From positions 480,001 to 544,000 of the forward strand of contig JBGAHS010000005.1 in NCBI GenBank assembly GCA_044226015.1: DNA of 64,000 nucleotides, given 5' to 3'. Shown piece after piece: positions 58,201 to 64,000 of the stretch; position 1 is the first letter of the stretch; every line of letters starts with the position of its first letter. Under the pieces are notes generated by a model. That model saw nothing but the letters and a program-made list of their open reading frames with translations, did not search any database and was not told the origin of the DNA. A program made the position numbers and the translations under genes. Source of the stretch: Candidatus Obscuribacteraceae bacterium. GTDB taxonomy: Bacteria; Cyanobacteriota; Vampirovibrionia; Obscuribacterales; Obscuribacteraceae.

Positions 58201-60996
58201 ATTTGTTTCTAGTCCCACACCTGTCTCTGAGACCAGTGCATCTCCATTATTGATGACGATGCCATTTGGATTGTTTACATATATGTAGTCGCTTGATTTT
58301 GTAGTTCCTGAGACAAAGTCTTGGCCAGTACTCCCGTTCAAGGTGATTGCGGCAACGCCTTTGCCGACGATTGAGACGTATCCACCAGGAGTGTTACTGT
58401 CATTTGAATTGTCGATGTTGCCTGTAACTTGAAGGGATGGAGTGGCTCCTGTCACTGAAAGGTCGACCACACCACTTGCATTGCCAGCACCGCTTGCAGT
58501 GGCATTGATGCCACCATTTACTGAGAGTCCGTCAACCCCAGCCAGGGTGACTGCTCCACCTGTTCCCGCAGTACCATGGCTATCGACGGCATTTACAGAA
58601 ACCGATCCGCTATTGCCAGTGAGGCTGATAGCACCTGCATTTCCCGCACTGGAATAAGAACTCAAAGAACCAGTAGTTACATCTTTTCCGCCACTTATTG
58701 TGATGTCGCCGGCGGTGCCTGATGCTACTAGAGTTGAAATGTTTCCAGTAACGATATCAAAGCTGCCGCTCTTATTATCTACTGCTACACCGGCAGGCGA
58801 TGTAAGATCGCCTACTTTCAAGTCGCCCTTACTTTGCACAGTCAGCAACAATGACCCTGACAGGTCGGTGCCTGCCATCAGCACATCACCATCTGATTGC
58901 ACTGTGATTCCGGCTCCGGTCAAAGACTTTGATACTCCATTCTGAGTGATGGAATTATTGGCAAGGACAAATATATTGCCCGAAGTGAATACAGAATCTT
59001 CAAAGTCAACTGAATCGGCTTTGATTGAGCTTCCATCATCTGTTCCAATGTATACATCTCCCTGGGAGTTGATTGGACCAAGGTTTGTGATCGAACCAGT
59101 CGGTGAGGTGTAGATTTTGATATCAGACAAGCCACCATTGATGCTTGCAGATTGTCCGTTAACGTTTTTTGCTGAGATATCAATGCCATCAGCTGTGGTG
59201 CTAAGCCCAAGGTTGATAGTACCCAGTGAGCTTGCAGTAAACTTTCCACCCGTGTTGATGAATGGCAGGTTCATGGTTCCGGCCAATGGCACTATGGGCT
59301 GCACAGGACCAATAACAAGTCCGTCCTGTACCGTAACTGCGGTCATGTCAGCTACTGCTGAGTATATCTCAACGTCACCATTAGTGCTGTTTAGCACAGC
59401 ATTGGCTCCAGTAAGCGAGTCACTTATCAGGCTGATTTTTCCTGAGCCGCTATCGATTAATCCGTTGCCCAGATTTATGTCACCTGAGGCAAGCATTGTC
59501 ACAGTGCCAGTTCCAGAGGTGTGAATTGAGATGGAGTTGCCTGCAGGATTGATGTTCTTTCCTGGGTTCGTTGTTCCGTCAAACGTGAGTATGCTGCTCG
59601 CATCTCCAGGGTCGTTTGCCGGAAATGAGCTGCTGCTGTTGTCTGGAACAGCCGTGAAGTTGTAGCCTGCTGAAAGGAAAACGGAGAAATCTGCTGCAGT
59701 TGTGCTGATTGTAGTGTTGCCGGTAGTGAGAATATCTCCTGAGGCTACAATTGCGAGGTCGCCTCCAACCACAGTCAAGTCTGATATTGTGATGTCGCCA
59801 CCAGCGTTGTAGTAGGTCGGGTCACCGCTCAAAATTTGTCTTCCTAAGAGCAAATCACCCTTCTGAACTGAGACGTGAGAAACTGAACCGGTTGAATTGA
59901 TGGCACCTTTGATTTGCTCGACATGAACTGCCATGTCCTTGCCAAAAACGTTTGTTTCGGAAGCTGCATCAATTGTGCCACCAGTTACGCTTACATTTGC
60001 CAACTCGATGTTGGCATCATTACTGCGCAGATTAATGACTCCGCCTTCCAACAGACCTGATACTGGGCTGATTGAGCCGAGTGCCTGCAAAACACCGTTG
60101 GTGTTGTTGATATTCAGGTTGGTTGTCGGGCTACTAGTATTGAAGTTCAAATAGTTTGCTGCTTGAATCAAGCCACTATTGACGATGTTTCCGGAGCCGA
60201 CGCTTATGTTGATATTTTGAGCAGCCATCACAGCTTGAGCAGCGGCAGAAATATTGCTGATGCTTCCAGTCGCTGCAATGTTTAGAGTTCCCGGAGTTGT
60301 GATTGTGCCCTGATTCACCAGGTTGCCTGCAACGTTTAAGTTAAGTCCTGCAGATGAGTAGAGTCCTGGCAGATTGGTGCCAGCTGGAAGTGAGCCAGAA
60401 AGTAAGCCTCCCGGGCCAACGTTGAGATTGGCTAGATTCAAAACAGAGACGATGTTGGGGGCCGTTTGCACCGCGAACATTGAACCCAATATTGATGTAT
60501 TACCACTTACATTTAATGGGTTGTTGCTATTGTATCCAACGGCAGTAAGTGAGACTCCAGCTGGGACAAGAAGCCCGGCAAGATTTTGCACAGTACTTGA
60601 GTTGAGTCTGAATGAACCACCAGAAGCTACACCGCTATTGTTGACGAGAAGGGTCTGATTGCCTCTTATCGCTTCGAAGACAGCTACGTATTGCGCTGGT
60701 GTGACCAGCTGCCCCGGAAGTATCGTAAGCGTCGTGCCACCATTTATGGTGCCATTGTGGACGCTGCCTCCAACGTGAATGTTCACTGGGGTCTGATTCT
60801 TCGCAGACAGTGTGGCACTGGCCGCCGATAAGTCAAGGTTTGTCGTGCCTGACCCTGGAGAAGCTGGAGTGCTTCCGCCAGTCGCTCCCGGGCGAGCTTG
60901 CGCCAGTGCAGACAATGGTGAAAGCACTGGTGTAACTAACATTGCAAGAGACAAAGCCATTAATGGACCTTGGGACTCTTTTCTTTTGCGAAACAT
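49294..60996 (-). CDS. Giant (3900 aa) secreted filamentous-haemagglutinin-like beta-helical surface protein or adhesin
   Basis: AGGAG RBS; Sec-like signal peptide; thousands of residues of G/T/S/N/V/I-rich strand repeats (GxVxLxA, GxIG...PL); distinct C-terminal domain. Confidence 0.85.
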   Translation of the reverse strand: MFRKRKESQGPLMALSLAMLVTPVLSPLSALAQARPGATGGSTPASPGSGTTNLDLSAASATLSAKNQTPVNIHVGGSVHNGTINGGTTLTILPGQLVTPAQYVAVFEAIRGNQTLLVNNSGVASGGSFRLNSSTVQNLAGLLVPAGVSLTAVGYNSNNPLNVSGNTSILGSMFAVQTAPNIVSVLNLANLNVGPGGLLSGSLPAGTNLPGLYSSAGLNLNVAGNLVNQGTITTPGTLNIAATGSISNISAAAQAVMAAQNINISVGSGNIVNSGLIQAANYLNFNTSSPTTNLNINNTNGVLQALGSISPVSGLLEGGVINLRSNDANIELANVSVTGGTIDAASETNVFGKDMAVHVEQIKGAINSTGSVSHVSVQKGDLLLGRQILSGDPTYYNAGGDITISDLTVVGGDLAIVASGDILTTGNTTISTTAADFSVFLSAGYNFTAVPDNSSSSFPANDPGDASSILTFDGTTNPGKNINPAGNSISIHTSGTGTVTMLASGDINLGNGLIDSGSGKISLISDSLTGANAVLNSTNGDVEIYSAVADMTAVTVQDGLVIGPVQPIVPLAGTMNLPFINTGGKFTASSLGTINLGLSTTADGIDISAKNVNGQSASINGGLSDIKIYTSPTGSITNLGPINSQGDVYIGTDDGSSIKADSVDFEDSVFTSGNIFVLANNSITQNGVSKSLTGAGITVQSDGDVLMAGTDLSGSLLLTVQSKGDLKVGDLTSPAGVAVDNKSGSFDIVTGNISTLVASGTAGDITISGGKDVTTGSLSSYSSAGNAGAISLTGNSGSVSVNAVDSHGTAGTGGAVTLAGVDGLSVNGGINATASGAGNASGVVDLSVTGATPSLQVTGNIDNSNDSNTPGGYVSIVGKGVAAITLNGSTGQDFVSGTTKSSDYIYVNNPNGIVINNGDALVSETGVGLETNAGSVLSTNKGAINAPLVAISAALDVGSSTDPLLLTGALPSLGVLSDGGIYVSSKNNMIVDGVTVGALSVTGITSINDISLTAPSIQLNSPIVSNGLLSNITLVSDSIDFATSGTLIDAGSNGTVVLIPSTSNVDIAVGGTGNYFDTTSLTQVNAGTLQIGDAKTFSGTITLNDNIVNSGLFNFSLSTSNLVDTNNFSIDGGDKSVSITAGTLTVNAIDTTTGDITLQGINDLTLNGNLTSTGGNISLSSGPGNIIGNSFNITANSGDVIIDPSTGAVVGVGDVSASGNIFIGTSDGVSSKASGISVGKLDNSAGTGKVAVLTQTGGISTGSIGSTGSITVAALSTTNSGDVTVGGAIDNSTGTSSVTVDAATGAITVDAISSSSNIDVGNATAAKSVVLNGALDSSTGAGHIQVLSATGSVNGSFDLKSGSSVTISAPVGSIGDTDPLGNITAQGDVEAVAKNIVSLGGITSTTLTGAGDVLVQGDGTVTVNGNIDATGFASGGKVQVISNTDTIEVNGFIDNTSVSKTINKDVVLQTGSALTLQIGTPTGPNTTGAVTTDGNLTIKSAIVDFSSNTSAGGQIQITADSTTVDDTVVVQGSAISIQPYDNKSATLTVDNSGSLNASNGDINIIGAFGQDLTLTGNGNGSFSVINGKAVNITANGDLNTPGNLNFGPGDMTFNLGDGSAPGATANFSTQNDLNVSSATYSFPNDYSTVNLTFNTFNGNVSDFDLQGQPNSKINITVVGGTGTIANSGGDIDLSTVATLSFSGPIAFLAAGDITNTGGNLTVQSHGNSLTMIAGIDFTPATKGTEGPNKTAYTLTGTSTGGKIVLGNVDIDSSDTSVGGDIFLVASTGSNAGSGSIVVGNITSTGASSSGAVKVLGNNITINGLDSSSAGTAGNVVITSSDKITISNPGIVTVEDGVIKGGTLLPSANLTGSITFGSDLNAGTGSVTILGGDFNSSGTVTANSLTINSAAGSILGQAGGTLNTAVATAINVTATGDIDITNTGDITFAADAGFKLSLNNTGNVTIAGSATVLAGTSIDIVTTSSDTLMVDGNIKSSTGTVNLDAGTIDTNNKSSLITAKTATFTSQTGSIGVSGTINTAITNSFKISSATNVDITNTGNVASLDLTASTAGPGNVSFINVGNLTLSGNLATDGTVSIQLNSNSSFANNGFTISSNSNNISLATDNFAFTAPGAGSAIDAGSATVSIIPASGATAINLGAAAKGLNLTSGLLQSINASTLTIGSAGYSGSINLTSNVDISAQPYALVIDQEGGTASFNTNGFTLDLGANNATVKVATTISLDKVTTAGTNTLLFQGSGVTINDVVGTDGDDITVTTSADIATANSGQITAGILLLSAGGNIGSSKTPLATAVTGSLTADSTLDMFITNNASLAGLQATSKNESVTLVSNGDLTLSGTGLTAAKSVTVQAAVGKTIDFNSVAVTATKIISIKSDSILNAGSFNAGTGQVIFDVASPSTKISLGVDSGGLFIDETALNNSTASKITVGSSSDFGNIELGAPLNLSLGGATIEFIQGDNGTLSGSFVGAGQTISLDGGNISVTTTKGAISVGQITNQTGGVTLQTGGGNITLDDVNAIPDANTINLLAGGVGTGALTGSLIFTTPLPGGLIITPEQAPDGSGGNVALRANNFMNTASANNITSVFLDVSGTGTDVAGGSATFERTAAGAFAPTNAIMTINVGAGSNSGKLGSATISNNGDLTYDPTKGVIITNVPATKHGGAGITLTAGNIGIGNLLVTGDLLADGSGDTGGSITLNSNSTTSFLLGNTSAKNGTKGGLSVAGTPAGNITVTNRGGGITFASTTAFKSAVANLKFDTSGAKAGTLAISKPLTATSTITLNAGGTGTINPGSNVLTAPTIALTAQTGAITAKINTSKVSASTTGPTGTAAVNLTSTATAPLTVDTSSSIGTFSVSHAGAITTSGKVSGTAVTIKTTSNLVGDNITLGADVTATSSTGSVTIQSPKASILRTGTGTITGKTVTLSAPVSAGSVGTPLKVSAASLSETAADAYLENTAFGTSALTVTSAKATNVFSLKSTSAIVLTSSLTNAKNVVLDTSTLPGANGNITVNGSIGLTTATTGITILSSQSILGSGTLSTKTGQNGVIMQTGASGNVGTSTAPIKTNTDKIALLNSTTGLINLSDANTTGATVNSALVAGGIVKVAASGPMTFVGNVIAGNSGNGSVTITTKGTTVFNGKVNATGTGTLGSVSVTQTGGGQLQLNGGTASNLFSVSTTGAGINVNPGNDVSATNITLKTTGTNSSLSLGSKLLATPTTGVVNLTAAGTGNISGTQLVQGGSITFTTGTGNVGVGAGNELKIAASTVSVKSTGAVFLNNQGLSTLTVAAANPNNKSFELLSTSAVAMTATLSTASDITISASGGIALNGATLGGSKANSIILTNASTGDISGKAAVTTSATGTLTLTNSGNGNITGTSSTVGLKISTTKVNSINAKGFVNVNDAATTAMTFGTITGNQITLTTTGNTTFNSDITASGTSTGNISVVQTTGLLTVSSGVKINASGTTATVLLQEKANAATSGITLQSGVTITTAASTTKPTSPTTFPRLGQVSLIIGSTVPAPSNNTAPTGISVVTSGTATSADAFFGTTPTGIVATGTTVNIVNKSAVQMQAGTSAKITLTNVTITADPPASSAALTAPALTSLTPAHASSALKTAGNSQSLTIATPGSSTKESFSLSSNFGSNAYAMPIQTTNINNTVNPSIAKMLQGGVSETELSQELTPGFIGFGNADATFSSDKDFGFTSSASSLSSEHKVVDLAKGSVLFAPFVDTVVKTPFGDVEIAAKSVALVFSSSLGTAIFNLDDQHRDAVHVKAGEHRMHIAPGRHLTITNANIKDFGQVNAVEAIAYRNIKEQDLGNGMKVFSAEYSIPSAIASIKPLKTLCNSQHPEARKLSSHLMKTVASMLQMNRNGERYQQVFRPRMAAFNNQ

Positions 60997-61023
60997 AAGC
61001 TGTCTCCTGGGAGCGGTGTAGAG

Positions 61024-61033
61024 TTTTTTTTTT
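61024..61033 (-). repeat. A10 homopolymer (minus strand) upstream of the giant gene
   Basis: Ten consecutive T on the + strand, 27 bp upstream of ATG 60996. Confidence 0.8.
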
Positions 61034-61061
61034 GAACGGATATAGCTAAAAGGTGATTTAA

Positions 61062-64000
61062 CTATATGCGGCTTGCCTTCCTCAGAGCTGGATTTGCTTG
61101 TTGGTAGGCGCCTTTGTTGGGCATTAATTTTAGTACAACTGCGGCGTTTTTAAGCAGCTTATCGTACAGGGCTCTGTCACTTGGTGACTTGGAATCCTTC
61201 AAACGCTTTAGAACTTCGAGTTGCCAGATTGCTGAAGGAAGTGAATATTCTGAAACAAATGCTTTAGAACTGTCGTGCATGGTGTGAACACTCACATTTC
61301 GGACACCAAGTTCTGGTAGCACGCTCGCTTCTTGGAAGCTGTCGGCGTCACGGCTAATCGTCAATTGTTCGCAGGTACGAAGCTGAAACTCTTGACCATT
61401 GCGAGTAACAGTGATGTCTCCCGTGTGGTTGTCGTGTAGGCTCATGACACTGAGGCTGTTACCGTTATCGATAACGTATGCTGCTGAACCCTTGGCGACT
61501 GTAATTAGCAGGTCACCAGCTTTTGCTTTGGCTGAGTGGTCTGTTGGAGCCAACAATACATTTGAAGCAGTTACCTGTCGGTTAGGCAGTTTGACAAGTG
61601 ATTGGACGAACGCAACAGGGCTGAACTCTGCGGCATCGTGAGCTTTAGAGTCTCCATTTTGCAGCTTGTCCGCAATCTTTCTCTTCTCTCTTGATGGCGA
61701 TGGACTTGCATCTTCTCCATCATCTAGCAAAGTAATTGTGCCACTGGTTCCGTTGCTGCCTGGTATTGTCCCCGTGCCGCCAGAGCCACCCTGTACCAGA
61801 GTGGCACCATAGGAAGCTAATGTTGGTATCAAAACCGGTGCAGTCAGGAATACTGTGCCACCGTTGCCGCCGTTACCACCGTTTCCGGTAGTTCCATTTG
61901 CACCTGTGACGGTGCCGGTTCCACCAGCACCACCAGCTCCGCCAGCTTGCCCGTTTCCACCACTTGCTGAGAGCAGACCTGTCACCGTGTTGACAATCTT
62001 GTTGCCGATGAGGCTTATGGAGCCGGCTGATCCCCCAGCACCACCATTGCCACCATCACCACCCTTGCCACCAGTTGTGCTGCTCGCTGTTCCCCCAGCA
62101 CCGCCTATGGCGGTCGTTCCGCCGTTATTGCCTGATGCAATGAGAGAGCCAGCTACAGTTATTGTCGGAGCAGAAACAGACACTGTTCCGCCCGTGCCAC
62201 CTGCGCCGCCATCGCCTGCCTTACCGCCAGCGCCGGCACTGCCTGCAGCGCCTTGTGGACCGCCCGCACCACCAGGTGCTGCGTTGCCACCAGTGCCGCC
62301 TCTGACAGAAATTCCGAAGAGAACTGAACCTGAGCTGCTGATTAACTGGAATGAACCACCGTTACCACCAATTCCGCCACTTCCGCCAATTCCACCTGAG
62401 CCGCCGCCGCTGTTAATGGACCCAGCGCTTGCCGTTCCACCGTTTCCAGCGTTTCCTCCAGTCATTGATAATGTAGGCAAGCTTATTGAGCCAGACCCCG
62501 ACTTCCCTATGAAGATGCCGCCAGAACCGCCGTTGCCGCCTTTACCTCCAGCACTACCGTTCACTGCTATAGCGCTCGATGCGCCGTTAGCACCTGCAAC
62601 GCCAGCGTTACCGCCCACGCCACCATTTCCGCCACTGACTTGGACAGATGAGCTTGGCAATAACGAGATAGAACCCGTTGTCGTTGTGATGGTCATAGCA
62701 CCTGCCGAGCCGCCAGCTCCGCCATTACCACCGATTCCTCCGGTGCCTGCGGTGCTGGCAGCCAGAAGTCCTGTGCCGCCAAGCCCTCCAGTACCACCGC
62801 TTCCGCCGCCATTACCGTTGGCAGCGAGTGAAGGAAGATTGAACATTGATACAGCATCCAGCACGATGCTTCCCGCGCCGCCTCCGGAGCCACCAGCGGC
62901 CGCTCCAGAGCCGCCACTACCGGCAATGGCAGCGGCTGAACCACCGAGTCCACCGGTAGAAGCGCTGCTTCCGGCCCCTCCATTGGCGTCTATGGAAGGA
63001 CTTCCGTCCTGCCCATTGCTGATGCTACCCAAAGAAGCCGTCAAGATAATTGCTCCGCCGTTGCCACCGTTACCGCCTGCACCAGCTGCTCCGCCTGCCC
63101 CACCTAATCCAGAGGTAGCCGCTGCAGCCACTGTGCCACCGGCACCACCGTTGCCAGCGTTACTGCTGTTGCCTCCTCCCACTGAGAGGGAGTAGCCGGT
63201 TCTGGCTAGAGCAGAAATACTAGATTGAGAGCTTGAAATGTTAATTACTCCACCCAAACCTCCTGAACTGGAGTCTCCAGCGTTTCCTCCTGCTCCACCT
63301 TTGCCATTTACTCCGCTTGGTGCAGTGACACTTCCACCGGCACCACCGGCGCCTCCATTGGCTCCGGTGCCACCTTTGGCAGTGTAGTTACCGCTGAGCT
63401 GAACTAGCCCAGGGGCGGAAATTGTAATGAAACCGCCGTTGCCGCCAGCGCTCGCGTTAGTGCCAGCTGTTGCTGTTCCGCCAGTTTGAGTCCCCGCGCC
63501 GCCTAAGCCACCGTTGCCACCGTTTGCACCCGCACCGCCTGTTGCACTCATCACGTAGTTGTTGTAAACAGAGATTGTTCCGAATGCTTTAGTTCCTGTT
63601 GCCGTCACCGTTATCGAACCGCCCGCGCCAGAAGTACCAGGCGTTTGCGCCAGACCGCCTGCACCACCAGTGGCTCCATTGCCGCCTGTTCCACCCGTGC
63701 TTCCGGCTCCGGCATTTCCTCCATTGGCAATAATTCCTGTGCCTAGTCCGATTGGTTTTGTCAGAGAGACTGAGAGTCCGCTAATTGAGATGGTTCCTGC
63801 GGAGCCTCCGTTGCCGCCTGTTTGTGAAAGTCCTCCCACTCCACCAGTTCCAGTCACTGTGTCTCCACCGTTACCGCCACCAGCAGTGGAACCACCTGAC
63901 CCGCCAGTAGCGCTCACAGTGTTGTTTATATTGATGGCAGACTTTAAGCTTGTGATTGAAATCAATCCGGCGTTGCCACCATTACCACCGCTAGCGCCAG
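61062..64000 (-). CDS. Gly-rich PE_PGRS-like repetitive surface protein (5' partial, continues beyond window)
   Basis: Frame stays open to the window edge (..GASGGNGGNAGLISITS..); GGxGGxGG blocks alternate with GxIxL strands; C-terminal domain homologous to that of the 3900-aa protein. Confidence 0.85.
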   Translation of the reverse strand, partial: GASGGNGGNAGLISITSLKSAININNTVSATGGSGGSTAGGGNGGDTVTGTGGVGGLSQTGGNGGSAGTISISGLSVSLTKPIGLGTGIIANGGNAGAGSTGGTGGNGATGGAGGLAQTPGTSGAGGSITVTATGTKAFGTISVYNNYVMSATGGAGANGGNGGLGGAGTQTGGTATAGTNASAGGNGGFITISAPGLVQLSGNYTAKGGTGANGGAGGAGGSVTAPSGVNGKGGAGGNAGDSSSGGLGGVINISSSQSSISALARTGYSLSVGGGNSSNAGNGGAGGTVAAAATSGLGGAGGAAGAGGNGGNGGAIILTASLGSISNGQDGSPSIDANGGAGSSASTGGLGGSAAAIAGSGGSGAAAGGSGGGAGSIVLDAVSMFNLPSLAANGNGGGSGGTGGLGGTGLLAASTAGTGGIGGNGGAGGSAGAMTITTTTGSISLLPSSSVQVSGGNGGVGGNAGVAGANGASSAIAVNGSAGGKGGNGGSGGIFIGKSGSGSISLPTLSMTGGNAGNGGTASAGSINSGGGSGGIGGSGGIGGNGGSFQLISSSGSVLFGISVRGGTGGNAAPGGAGGPQGAAGSAGAGGKAGDGGAGGTGGTVSVSAPTITVAGSLIASGNNGGTTAIGGAGGTASSTTGGKGGDGGNGGAGGSAGSISLIGNKIVNTVTGLLSASGGNGQAGGAGGAGGTGTVTGANGTTGNGGNGGNGGTVFLTAPVLIPTLASYGATLVQGGSGGTGTIPGSNGTSGTITLLDDGEDASPSPSREKRKIADKLQNGDSKAHDAAEFSPVAFVQSLVKLPNRQVTASNVLLAPTDHSAKAKAGDLLITVAKGSAAYVIDNGNSLSVMSLHDNHTGDITVTRNGQEFQLRTCEQLTISRDADSFQEASVLPELGVRNVSVHTMHDSSKAFVSEYSLPSAIWQLEVLKRLKDSKSPSDRALYDKLLKNAAVVLKLMPNKGAYQQANPALRKASRI

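Noticed and set aside
58258..58272. NPNGI motif in the giant protein (TPS-domain hallmark)
   Set aside because: It lies around residue 910 rather than just after the signal peptide, and no TpsB gene is visible.
49500..63200. Many long + strand ORFs (e.g. 54752..55744 and the Pro-rich 61855..63195)
   Set aside because: They are antisense shadows of the Gly/Thr/Ser-rich giant genes; the Pro runs are simply complements of Gly codons.

Overview
A 64-kb bacterial chromosomal window. By inference it comes from a non-photosynthetic cyanobacterial relative (Melainabacteria/Vampirovibrionia, Obscuribacterales-like): it has zwf-opcA-pgl, a Uma2 nuclease, three Hanks-type kinases, TPR/HEAT proteins and many lineage-specific secreted proteins, with no photosynthesis genes in view. 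Housekeeping content includes mitochondrial-type aconitase, an AmpG-like MFS, aldo/keto reductase, xth, acyl-CoA dehydrogenase, an Lrp plus aminotransferase pair, M1 aminopeptidase, Uup-like ABC-F, GH13 glucosidase and a PAS histidine kinase. I recognised no rRNA, tRNA, CRISPR array or transposase. Five observations stand out. (1) Two adjacent giant surface proteins with dissimilar passengers (a 3900-aa haemagglutinin-like beta-helix and a PGRS-like Gly-rich protein) share a homologous ~170-200-aa C-terminal domain unlike the export signals I know, a candidate lineage-specific sorting or secretion system. (2) A ~720-bp gap between convergent genes (23112-23835) carries nested long-range inverted repeats, a candidate large structured ncRNA or DNA element. 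(3) A translationally coupled pair of multi-TM kinases has degenerate motifs (HRDxTPDN; one lacks the Gly-loop, the other has DFS). (4) An orphan PD-(D/E)xK-like protein sits next to a putative membrane-inserting protein, resembling a toxin locus. (5) An operon carries two paralogous secreted proteins, a HEAT protein and a kinase. All family calls are by motif recognition; no database searches were run.
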